Of a stretch of 64,000 bases of DNA, positions 17,279 through 25,196 are shown piece by piece. Under the pieces are notes generated by a model. The model saw nothing but the letters and a program-made list of their open reading frames with translations. It was not told where the DNA came from and did no database searches. This DNA is from a virus. Its lineage: Duplodnaviria; Caudoviricetes. Position 1 is the stretch's first letter. Each line of letters opens with the position of its first letter. The translations under genes and the position numbers were made by a program. The stretch spans positions 6,449 through 70,448 of the IMG/VR virus record IMGVR_UViG_3300031938_000002; one strand, 5' to 3'.

Positions 17279-17872
17279 GTGAGTAAAAGATTGGTCAAGG
17301 TTCGTGAATGCGACCGCTGTCCGCGTAATCGCAAACCCAATCTGGCGACAAAGCAGGTCCCGTTCAGTTTCGACGGGGTGAAGTGGCTCATCGACCTGTG
17401 CGATGACTGCTACGACAAGCTGGAACGCGAGATGTACGCGTGGGGTCGGCTGGGCGAAGAGATTGACCAGTCCGAGACCGCCCGTTTCACCGAGGAAACG
17501 CGCGCGGCCGGCATTCGCTTGGCCGAGCTGCGCGCCCAGCAGCGCGAGGACCTGACCAAGGCTCGCCCCGTGGCACCCGAAGAGGTGGTGCCCAAGCGCG
17601 CCATGCACCTGGCCAACGTGCCCACCGGCTTGCCGGATGAGGCGAAGGACTGGGTGTTCAGCGACCACGCGATTCAGCGAATGCGTGAACGCAACGTCAG
17701 CGCCGTGCAGGCGCTGTTCGCCGCCCTGTCGCCGGAGATTCAGCGACCGGGTCGAGATGATGACACGACGGTCTGTTACGCCCGCGGGGTGAAGGCTGTC
17801 GTCAAGTTTGCAGATCAAGTGGTTCTCACCGTTGCCCGGGAGGACTCCAACCAGTTCAGGAAGGCCAACTAG
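17279..17872 (+). CDS. Lsr2-dimerisation-like (Zn-type) domain fused to a DUF4258-like domain
   Basis: CDRC...VPFSFDGVKWLIDLCDDCYDKL...W in the N-terminus; FSDHAIQRMRERNVS...VVLTV in the C-terminus. Confidence 0.65.
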   Translation: MSKRLVKVRECDRCPRNRKPNLATKQVPFSFDGVKWLIDLCDDCYDKLEREMYAWGRLGEEIDQSETARFTEETRAAGIRLAELRAQQREDLTKARPVAPEEVVPKRAMHLANVPTGLPDEAKDWVFSDHAIQRMRERNVSAVQALFAALSPEIQRPGRDDDTTVCYARGVKAVVKFADQVVLTVAREDSNQFRKAN

Positions 17873-18885
17873 TGTCCGCAGCACCCCAGGTCGAGACCCT
17901 CATCGAGCAGCCGGGGCGTCGGCCCGACATCGAGAAGGAGCTGTCCGAGAAGTACCACGTCAAGTTCACCTACCGCGAGAGCGTCCCGCTGGACCAGTTC
18001 GACAAGAAGCGCTCGCTGCACAACCAGGCCCGCTTCGAGGCGATCAACGAGGACACGGTGGCCACCTACGCGGAGGCGGTCGGCAGAGGCGACGACTTCC
18101 CGGCGGTGCTGGCCTACCGGCCCACCGCCCGGGGCCGGCTGGTGATGGTCGATGGAAACCACCGTTACGGCGGGTTTGAGAAGGCCGGCCAGCAGGGCAT
18201 CCCGACCTACGAGATTCACCGGGACACCGACCGGGCCACCATCGCGCTGCTCACCTTCTCGATGAACACCAGGCACGGCAAGCCGACCACCGAGGCGGAG
18301 CGCATCCAGCAGGCCATCTACCTGATCGAGGCGGGCGCCTCTAACGCTGCGGCAGCCGCCGCGGTGAACCTGGCCCCGCGCGTCCTGACCCGAGCCCTGG
18401 CGGCCAGGAAGGCCGACCAGCGCGCCGACGAGGTGGGCTTGAAGCGCACCGAGTGGGACGCCCTGGGCCAGACCGTTAAGAGTCGCCTGCTGAACATCTC
18501 CACCGACGAGGGGTTCCGCACCGCTGCAGAGCTGGCGTACCAGGCCAAGCTGGACGCCAACCAGGTGTTCGACCTCGTGCAGTTGCTGAACGCAACCAAG
18601 TCCAGCAAGAAGCAGCTCGACATCCTCAAGCAGCAGCGCGACATCTACCAGGACCGTATCCAGGCCAAGGGTGGGGGAGTGCTGGGTACCGCGAGCCGGC
18701 GCAAGATGACCCCGAAGGCCCGGGTGGCCACGGCCCTGTCGATGACGCTGGCGATCCCGGAGGCGGACGAGGCGATCCTGCAGGGGTATGCCGAGCCGGA
18801 GCGCAAGGATGCCGCCGCGAACATGCGCAAGGCGGCGGAGCGGATGAGCCACCTGGCGGACCTGCTGGACCCGAAGCGGCGATGA
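17872..18885 (+). CDS. parB: ParB-like N-terminal domain protein with HTH
   Basis: FPAVLAY, VMVDGNHR motif, SMNTRHG, followed by an HTH-like segment. Confidence 0.8.
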   Translation: MSAAPQVETLIEQPGRRPDIEKELSEKYHVKFTYRESVPLDQFDKKRSLHNQARFEAINEDTVATYAEAVGRGDDFPAVLAYRPTARGRLVMVDGNHRYGGFEKAGQQGIPTYEIHRDTDRATIALLTFSMNTRHGKPTTEAERIQQAIYLIEAGASNAAAAAAVNLAPRVLTRALAARKADQRADEVGLKRTEWDALGQTVKSRLLNISTDEGFRTAAELAYQAKLDANQVFDLVQLLNATKSSKKQLDILKQQRDIYQDRIQAKGGGVLGTASRRKMTPKARVATALSMTLAIPEADEAILQGYAEPERKDAAANMRKAAERMSHLADLLDPKRR

Positions 18886-19418
18886 GTGACCGGGGAGGAA
18901 AGGCCGCCGACCCCCCGCTGCTGAAGGCCGTGGAGTTGCTGGAGGACGGGCAGTGGCACCTGCTGGAGCCGGTCCTGGCCGAGATTGGCAAGGTGGTGCC
19001 GCCGGGCAAGGCGCTGCGCTTCGTGGAGCAGCGGCGCGCCTACACCACCGTGGCGGAGCAGCGCATCCGCTCCGTGTCCCAGGAGCGGCTGATCGCCATG
19101 GGCCGGCGCGGGATTGCGATGGGCACCGTCAACTACAAGCGGCGGTACTTCGAGCTGACCCCGGCGAGCCGCGGAAACCGGCCCGATGACACCCGGATGA
19201 TCCGGATGCTCGAAGTCCCGCCGTCGGTGCTGCGCTCCCGCCGGCTGGCCGAGTCGGGCCGGCTGATCGACGGCACCCTGGTCGATGAGCTGCTGACCGA
19301 CCACGACCCGGTGGCGCTGCTGGCGCAGCGGTTCCCGGGGCGCCACCAGTTGGAGCGCACCATCGTGCTGCTGCTGGACCGCCTGCGGGACGCTGAGGCC
19401 CTCGCAGGCCCGGACTGA
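18882..19418 (+). CDS. putative DNA-binding protein, paralog of 13993-14310
   Basis: Shared LLxDGQWHxLExVLAxxGxxVPPxKALR block. Confidence 0.7.
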   Translation: MSDRGGKAADPPLLKAVELLEDGQWHLLEPVLAEIGKVVPPGKALRFVEQRRAYTTVAEQRIRSVSQERLIAMGRRGIAMGTVNYKRRYFELTPASRGNRPDDTRMIRMLEVPPSVLRSRRLAESGRLIDGTLVDELLTDHDPVALLAQRFPGRHQLERTIVLLLDRLRDAEALAGPD

Positions 19419-19426
19419 CCCCGGGA

Positions 19427-19467
19427 CACAGAACGGCCCCTCCCAAGCCGGGAGGGGCCGTTCTGTG
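19427..19467. terminator. Bidirectional terminator between convergent genes
   Basis: Perfect 18-bp stem CACAGAACGGCCCCTCCC-aagcc-GGGAGGGGCCGTTCTGTG. Confidence 0.85.
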
Positions 19468-19470
19468 CGC

Positions 19471-20718
19471 TCAGGAGGCCTTCTTGTGCTTCTTCTTCTT
19501 GCCGTTCTTGCCGCCCGCCAGCAGGGTCAGCCCCGCCTCGCCCTTGCCGCGCTTCATCGCGGCCAGGACCCGGCTGTTGCTGTTGGCCGTGACGTGCCCG
19601 TACACGTCGCCGGTGATGGCCACCGACCCGTGCCCCAGGCGCCGCGACACGGTCAGGATGTCCACCCCGTTGCCCAGCAGGAACGAGGCGTGCGAGTGCC
19701 GCAGGTCATGCACCCGGGGCAGCTTGGTCAGCCCGCTCCGGCGCCGGGCGTCCCCGACCGCCTGCAGCCAGTACACCTGGTAGAACACGCTCTGGCTCAG
19801 CCGGCCGCCCTTGACCGCGTTGGGGAACACCAGCGACTGCCCGGCGCCGGCCACCGCGGTCCGGGTCAGCGCGGTCAGCCGCGGGTCCCGGGCGCGCAGC
19901 GCGGCGATGGTCTCCTCATCCAAAACGACCGTTCGCAGACCGTTCTTCGTCTTGGGCTCACCCACCTGGTAGGAGTTGTCCTCCTGGCGCTTCCACGCCT
20001 TGACCACGTTCACCGTGGACGTGGCGTAGTCGATGTCGTCCCACACCAGCGCGGTCGCCTCCCCGAACCGCAGCCCGGTCCAGAACAGGAACGCCGCGAA
20101 CTCGGCGTACAACGGCTCCACCGCGGCCAGCTCGGACTCGATGAGCGCGAACTCGGCCGGCTCCAGGCACACCATGGTGGGGGCGTTGGAGCGCATCCCC
20201 TTGCCCAGCCCGACGAACGGGTTGCGCTCCACCAGCCCGTCGGCCAGTGCCTGCTTCATCACCGAGGACACCGTCCCGAAGATGTTGTGCGCGGTCTTGG
20301 CGGACAGCTTCTTGCCCTTGCCCGACGGCTGGCTCTGCAGCCCCGCCACCCAGGCGCCCGCGTCGGTGCCGCTGATCTTGGCCATCGGCTTGTCCTTCAG
20401 CGCGTCCGGCACGTACCGCTCGAACTGCCGCAGGTAGCGCTTCTTCAGGTCCGCCGACGCGCCCGGGCGGGCCGCGATGGCCACCGGGAAGAACTCGCGC
20501 AGGGTCAGCCCCACGCCCTGGGTGGGCTCGGTGACGAACCCGCGCCCCGGCACCCACCCCTGGGGCCAGCGCTGCCGGTTGGCGTCCACCAGGCCGCGGA
20601 ACACGTTGGCCTGTTCCTTGGAGGTGAACTGCTCGCTGGTCTCCTTGCCGTCCGCGTCGGCGTCACGCCACCGCACCTGCCACTTGCCGCTGTCCCCGCG
20701 CTGCCGAATGAACGCCAT
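19471..20718 (-). CDS. int: tyrosine integrase
   Basis: MAFIRQRG..WQVRW arm-binding domain; TGLRFGEA, PKT..R, HDLRHSHAS, LGHGSVAITGDVYGH. Confidence 0.96.
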   Translation of the reverse strand: MAFIRQRGDSGKWQVRWRDADADGKETSEQFTSKEQANVFRGLVDANRQRWPQGWVPGRGFVTEPTQGVGLTLREFFPVAIAARPGASADLKKRYLRQFERYVPDALKDKPMAKISGTDAGAWVAGLQSQPSGKGKKLSAKTAHNIFGTVSSVMKQALADGLVERNPFVGLGKGMRSNAPTMVCLEPAEFALIESELAAVEPLYAEFAAFLFWTGLRFGEATALVWDDIDYATSTVNVVKAWKRQEDNSYQVGEPKTKNGLRTVVLDEETIAALRARDPRLTALTRTAVAGAGQSLVFPNAVKGGRLSQSVFYQVYWLQAVGDARRRSGLTKLPRVHDLRHSHASFLLGNGVDILTVSRRLGHGSVAITGDVYGHVTANSNSRVLAAMKRGKGEAGLTLLAGGKNGKKKKHKKAS

Positions 20719-20803
20719 CGAAACCCCGCCTTCCGGACCGGGGCCGACGGCCCCTCGTGGGCACAAGGGTAGCGGCTGGTGCGGACAGGATGCGGACAGA
20801 AAC

Positions 20804-20849
20804 CGAAAGAGAAAGGCCCCCGATCTGCGTTTCCGCAGGTCAGGGGCCT
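20804..20849 (-). terminator. Intrinsic terminator following the att core
   Basis: Minus strand AGGCCCCTGACCTGCG-gaaa-CGCAGATCGGGGGCCT then TTCTCTTT. Confidence 0.7.
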
Positions 20850-20857
20850 AAACTTTC

Positions 20858-20878
20858 GTGTCCGGGGGGGGACTTGAA
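20858..20878 (-). mobile_element. attP core equal to the 3' end of a tRNA (tRNA-Leu-type)
   Basis: Minus strand TTCAAGT-CCCCC-CCCGGAC-AC: T-loop, T-stem 3' strand, and an acceptor strand complementary to GTCCGGG, the 5' end of actinobacterial tRNA-Leu as I recall it. Confidence 0.8.
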
Positions 20879-20983
20879 TCTGCATTTGGCCTGTTTGGGG
20901 GGTGGTTATGTCCGATTTTGGGTATGTTCTAGGAGTCCAATCTAGTCCCGAAAATCATCTGATGCGGACAGTGTCCGCATGGG

Positions 20984-21018
20984 AAAGGCCCCCTCCCGAC
21001 GAGCGGGAGAGGGCCTTT
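20984..21018. terminator. Hairpin terminator on the other side of attP
   Basis: AAAGGCCCCCTCCCG-acgag-CGGGAGAGGGCCTTT. Confidence 0.75.
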
Positions 21019-21033
21019 CTGGGTGATGCGGGG

Positions 21034-21246
21034 CTACGCCTCGGCCAGCTCTGCGGCGGCCTCCTGGGCCTCCTGCTGGCTGGCCTTGTCAGCCTTCGGC
21101 CAGCACTTCGGGCAGGCGCCCGGGGCGAGGGAGCCGTACTCCGACTCCACCACCGGGACCTTGCCGCCACACTCCGGGCACTCGACCTTCGCCTTCTGGC
21201 TGCCGGTCTCGCGCGGCTGGGACAGGTCTGCCTTCTTGGTCGTCAT
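21034..21246 (-). CDS. Zn-ribbon protein (70 aa)
   Basis: CPECG and CPKC. Confidence 0.7.
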   Translation of the reverse strand: MTTKKADLSQPRETGSQKAKVECPECGGKVPVVESEYGSLAPGACPKCWPKADKASQQEAQEAAAELAEA

Positions 21247-21452
21247 GATCCTTCTCCGTGGGTTGTGCGGGCCGGGGCCGGCACGTCGTAGCCGTTGCCG
21301 TCGGTGCCGGTGAACGTCACACCCGTCTTCGGGTATGCCACCCGGTCGAAGCGCTGGGCCAGGGTGCCGTCGGCCAGGGTGACCGGGTCGATGCTCGCGT
21401 CCATGTGACGCTGGCCCGCGCCCTGCGTGTACGTCGCCTTGGTCAGCGCCAC
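21243..21452 (-). CDS. hypothetical protein (69 aa)
   Basis: GAGGA RBS; coupled overlap. Confidence 0.6.
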   Translation of the reverse strand: MALTKATYTQGAGQRHMDASIDPVTLADGTLAQRFDRVAYPKTGVTFTGTDGNGYDVPAPARTTHGEGS

Positions 21453-21455
21453 GGC

Positions 21456-21614
21456 TCAGTCCTCCTCGTATGCCGGCGCCGCGTCCTTGGCGCCCTTGGT
21501 CAGGTCGACACCCTCGGGGTTCTGGGCGGCGTCCACGACGGGCTGGGGCTTGTCGTCGTTCTTGCTCTCGTCGGCCTTGGGCTCGGCCGCCTTGGCGGTG
21601 TCCTTCTTCTCCAC
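21456..21614 (-). CDS. hypothetical low-complexity protein (52 aa)
   Basis: CAGGAG RBS then GTG; EKKDTAKAAEPKADES. Confidence 0.55.
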   Translation of the reverse strand: MEKKDTAKAAEPKADESKNDDKPQPVVDAAQNPEGVDLTKGAKDAAPAYEED

Positions 21615-21708
21615 GTCAGCTCCTGAGGTTGGTGGGTTGCTGCGGGCAGTCATCGGCCGGCGTGCTCCCGTTGTTAGTTTCCAGTTGGTCGGAGTCGATC
21701 CGAGTTGT

Positions 21709-21909
21709 ATGAACTTGAACAACACCGTCTACTACTCGGTCCGCGAGGCCGCCGACATCCTGCGCATCTCCGAGGACGGCCTGTGGCAGAAGTGCCGCAC
21801 CCGCAAGGTGCCGCACCACCGCCGCGGCCGGCGCTACCTGTTCACCGCCGCAGACATCGAGGCCATCGACCAGGCCATGGCGCCCGTGCCGGTGGAGGTG
21901 TCCCGGTGA
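21709..21909 (+). CDS. xis: excisionase-like HTH protein 1
   Basis: YYSVREAADILRISEDGLWQKCRTRKVPHHRRGRRYLFTAADI. Confidence 0.8.
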   Translation: MNLNNTVYYSVREAADILRISEDGLWQKCRTRKVPHHRRGRRYLFTAADIEAIDQAMAPVPVEVSR

Positions 21910-22136
21910 ACGACGAGCTGCAGTACTTCACCGTCGACCAGGTGGCCACCATGACGGGCATGAGCGAGCTGTGGCTGTACCGGCAGTGTCAGCTCCGCAA
22001 GGTGCCCCACCACCGCTTCGGGCGGTCGGTGCGGTTCACCCGCGAGGACCTGCGTGCCCTGCACCAGGCGACCGCGGTGACCCCAGAGGTCCAGGAGCTG
22101 CGTCCCGCTGGACGCGGGCGTGCAAACGCGCGTTGA
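21906..22136 (+). CDS. xis: excisionase-like HTH protein 2
   Basis: YFTVDQVATMTGMSELWLYRQCQLRKVPHHRFGRSVRFTREDL. Confidence 0.8.
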   Translation: MNDELQYFTVDQVATMTGMSELWLYRQCQLRKVPHHRFGRSVRFTREDLRALHQATAVTPEVQELRPAGRGRANAR

Positions 22137-22137
22137 C

Positions 22138-22281
22138 ATGCACGACCCGGCATACATCAGGGCGATGAACGAGCTACGACGCTCCAACGCTGCAGGGACT
22201 CACCTGGACCGGCGTACCCGGCGCAACCGGGACAGGGCCACCAGGCAGAGGAACGCCATCCGAGAGGCCCGCGACGACTGA
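22138..22281 (+). CDS. small basic protein (47 aa)
   Basis: MHDPAYIRAMNELRRSNAAGTHLDRRTRRNR, a pattern familiar from actinophage small proteins. Confidence 0.6.
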   Translation: MHDPAYIRAMNELRRSNAAGTHLDRRTRRNRDRATRQRNAIREARDD

Positions 22282-22588
22282 CGTCGTCGGACTTGTCCCC
22301 GCGCCCGCGCGCGCACGCGATACCTAGGGTATGCAGTGATGCGGTTGTCTGTGCGTCTCGGTCCTTCGGACCTCCTCGACGCCTCGCTTCGCTCGATCTC
22401 GCCTTCGGCTCGGAAGGGGATGCAGTTCATGCATACAAGAGAGAGTGTAATAGCTATAGATAGCAGATGGTTTCGCCGTTTCGGCTTGTAGCGGCGAAAC
22501 TGGTCGAAAAATCTTTGGTGTCGCCAAATCGGCGCCACGCTGTGCTACCTTGATGTCCTGCCGGTCGGGCAAGACACGAGGAGCGGGG

Positions 22589-22822
22589 ATGTCGGGGATC
22601 AAGACGGACGAGGGTGCGGAGTCGCGGGAGCGGCTGCTGGCCTTCATGCGCGAGCACCAGAAGACCATGGGCTACATCCCCAGCATCGCGGCCATGGCCA
22701 GGGCGCTGGGGATGAACACCACGGGGGTGCGCTGGCACCTGCAGAAGCTGCGGGAGCTGGGGAAGGTCGACTACCACGACGGGGCGATGAGCAAGTCGCT
22801 GAGGCTGCGGAGGGGCGCATGA
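22589..22822 (+). CDS. LexA-type winged-helix DNA-binding domain without a protease domain
   Basis: RERLLAFMREHQKTMGYIPSIAAMARALGM..TGVRWHLQKLRELGKV...SKSLRL; 77 aa. Confidence 0.75.
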   Translation: MSGIKTDEGAESRERLLAFMREHQKTMGYIPSIAAMARALGMNTTGVRWHLQKLRELGKVDYHDGAMSKSLRLRRGA

Positions 22823-23265
22823 GCCAGCGGATCACCAGGCGGATGACCGAGGAGCGGTGCACTGACGGGGTGCTGCGTCTGCGGATGGAGCGCGAGACCC
22901 GCTGGGACGAGGTCGCCATGCTGGGCGAGCCCGTGGTGCAGGTGTTCAGCCGCTACATGGACGGTGTGGAAACGCGCGTTCTCACGGCGGGTGCGCAGAG
23001 GACGGAGACCGTGGTGACTTGGGAGGCAGTGCCGGCCCGCACGCAGGACGTGCTGGACTTCGGGCGGCTGCAGGCTGCAGCGACCGCGCTGACCCGTCAG
23101 ATGGCGGCATACGGCCCGAACAACCCTCCGCCGCCGGAGCAGGTGGCGTCGTGGCTGCTGGCGTTCGGGAACCTGCAGGCGTGGCGCAAGGAGGCCGAGG
23201 CCCGCTTCGTCGGCGCGGACGGGCAGATCGGGACCGTGTCCACCCTGCTGAGGCAGTTCCTCTGA
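22819..23265 (+). CDS. hypothetical protein (148 aa)
   Basis: ATGA overlap; good coding signature. Confidence 0.7.
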   Translation: MSQRITRRMTEERCTDGVLRLRMERETRWDEVAMLGEPVVQVFSRYMDGVETRVLTAGAQRTETVVTWEAVPARTQDVLDFGRLQAAATALTRQMAAYGPNNPPPPEQVASWLLAFGNLQAWRKEAEARFVGADGQIGTVSTLLRQFL

Positions 23266-23333
23266 GGGGGTAAGTAGCACCTGGGAAGGGCCGACCGGGA
23301 GGCACCTCGCCACCTCCCGGAAGGCCCTTTCTC

Positions 23334-23891
23334 ATGCGCTCGTACGTCGGCGTCGACCTGTCCCTGACCAGCACCGGCCTGGCCGCCATCACGGTCCCCG
23401 GGATCGAGGCTGTGCCGGCCGCTGCGTCCGTCACGAGGGTCACCAGCACCGGGAGCACCAAGGACTCTCTGCGGCAGCGTCAGGCCCGCCTGGTGCAGGT
23501 CGGGATGCAGGTGGTCGGGTTCGTGGACCGGATGGACCCGCGCCTGGTGGTGATCGAGGCTCCGTCGTTCGCCAGCAAGTACGGGCACCCGCATGACCGT
23601 TCCGGGCTGTGGTGGCTGGTGGTGAACGCGCTGCTGGCCAACGGGCACCAGGTGGCGTCGGCCCCGCCCACGACCCGGGCGAAGTATGCCGCCGGCAAGG
23701 GCAACGCCTCCAAGGACCAGGTGCTGGCGGAGGTGGTGCGCCGCTACCCGGACGTGACCATCACCAAGAACGACGAGGCCGACGCGCTGGTGCTCGCGGC
23801 GATGGGTGCCAGGCAGCTCGGGGACCCCATCGAGGCCTCGCTGCCGGTCGTGAACATCACCGCCCTGTCCGGCGTGGAATGGCCGTTTTGA
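23334..23891 (+). CDS. ruvC: RuvC-like Holliday junction resolvase
   Basis: VGVDLSLTSTG, VVIEAP, KGNASKDQV, NDEADALVLA. Confidence 0.9.
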   Translation: MRSYVGVDLSLTSTGLAAITVPGIEAVPAAASVTRVTSTGSTKDSLRQRQARLVQVGMQVVGFVDRMDPRLVVIEAPSFASKYGHPHDRSGLWWLVVNALLANGHQVASAPPTTRAKYAAGKGNASKDQVLAEVVRRYPDVTITKNDEADALVLAAMGARQLGDPIEASLPVVNITALSGVEWPF

Positions 23892-24059
23892 TTGCGCCCC
23901 CGCATAAAGCCTGCACGTCTCACTAGGTGAGCGGCGCTGACTAGTCCTTCCGGCCTAGGGCGGTTGTCTGCGGTTGCACGGAGTGTCTAGTCACAGCATG
24001 ATCTTGCGTGTGGTAACCGGGGGCGTTTCAACCAGGAGCGGCCCCTCGCAACAAACTGG

Positions 24060-24311
24060 ATGAGAGTCATGAGCCTGGAGGTGATACAGGCAGTCATGAG
24101 CCACAGGGATGGGCTCATGGCAGCCGTCGAACCAACCATCGGTCCAGTGCTTCGAGCGCAAGTGGGGAAGATGGGAGACGCGAGTCTCTTCCACCTAGCC
24201 ACCGCGCTCGTGGCGATCAGTACGCCGGGCGTAGAAGGGGATCTGGTCCTGCGGGTGCCCCGGAAGCTCACCGACAGAGTGGAGGTGTTCTGGCGCAGTG
24301 CGCCTGACTAG
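24060..24311 (+). CDS. possible hypothetical protein
   Basis: Open frame in an intergenic gap; atypical codon usage. Confidence 0.35.
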   Translation: MRVMSLEVIQAVMSHRDGLMAAVEPTIGPVLRAQVGKMGDASLFHLATALVAISTPGVEGDLVLRVPRKLTDRVEVFWRSAPD

Positions 24312-24460
24312 CTGCACAACTTCATGTAGAACGCAATGCCCCTCGGGATGAACCGGAAGTTTCCCTGAGGGGCTTTGTGTTGCCCCGACACGCCGGGAGC
24401 GACTGTGTCGCCAATGTGGCGCCAGCCCAGGCACACTGCTACCTGTCGCCATCTTGGCGC

Positions 24461-24501
24461 CAAGCATCCAGGCATTCCAGGCATCTAGGCATTCAGGCAT
24501 C
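24461..24501. repeat. Five tandem 8-9 bp repeats (consensus CAGGCATY)
   Basis: CAAGCATC CAGGCATTC CAGGCATC TAGGCATT CAGGCATC, 33 nt upstream of the putative TerS gene. Confidence 0.85.
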
Positions 24502-24533
24502 CCCCTGACCGTCCGCCTCCCTGGAGCCTGCTC

Positions 24534-25196
24534 GTGACCGTCCCACCCCACCAGGGCATCGTGCCCACACCCCCGGCGCCGCCCGCCGCGTTCCACGTCA
24601 CCACCCCATCGGGGCAGGTCATCGAGGTCCTCACCGACTCGGAACGCACGTTCTACGAGGGCCAGGCCGGCCGGTACCAGACCGAAAACAAGTTCTCCAA
24701 CACCTCCGACCTGCTGGACCTGGACCGGCTGGTGTTCCTGGAGCTGCTGGTGTTCCGGGCCTCCTCATGGCTGGGGCGCGGCACCTACTACGACGGGGCG
24801 GTCCTGACCGACCGGGCCGAGGGTGACTGCCGCAAGGCGATGAAGGAGAACAGCGAGCTGATTTCCCGGGTCAAGACGGACCTGGGTCTGACCAAGGCTG
24901 CGCGCGACAAGGCGGACTACGAGTCGGTGGGTGCGTACGTGACCCTGCTGAAGCAGCGCGCCAAGGAGTTCGGGGTGCACCGGGAGAAGCAGCTCGTCAA
25001 GGGCATCACCCTGTGCCAGCAGCTCTTCGCCATCCTCGGGGCGTTCGACCGCAGCGACGAGGTGGAGCGACGCAAGATCGGGTACGAGAGCGCGGACGAC
25101 ATCCTGGAGTGGGTGCGCACCGTCATGCAGCCGGAGTTCCAGGCGGTGGACGATCACTTCGCCAAGAACACCCAGCGCTACTGGACCGACCTCTGA
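24534..25196 (+). CDS. putative terminase small subunit
   Basis: Two genes upstream of TerL; helical, with DLGLTKAARD resembling the TerS LGLTPxxR motif. Confidence 0.5.
   Translation: MTVPPHQGIVPTPPAPPAAFHVTTPSGQVIEVLTDSERTFYEGQAGRYQTENKFSNTSDLLDLDRLVFLELLVFRASSWLGRGTYYDGAVLTDRAEGDCRKAMKENSELISRVKTDLGLTKAARDKADYESVGAYVTLLKQRAKEFGVHREKQLVKGITLCQQLFAILGAFDRSDEVERRKIGYESADDILEWVRTVMQPEFQAVDDHFAKNTQRYWTDL

Larger units (their letters stand above)
20780..20979. promoter_or_regulatory. Putative integrase arm-type sites
   Basis: TGCGGACA direct pair at 20780 and 20791; inverted pair at 20963/20972; they flank the att core. Confidence 0.6.

Noticed and set aside
20858-20878. tRNA gene
   Set aside because: Only the T-loop-to-3' fragment is present, with no D or anticodon arm upstream; interpreted as the att core.
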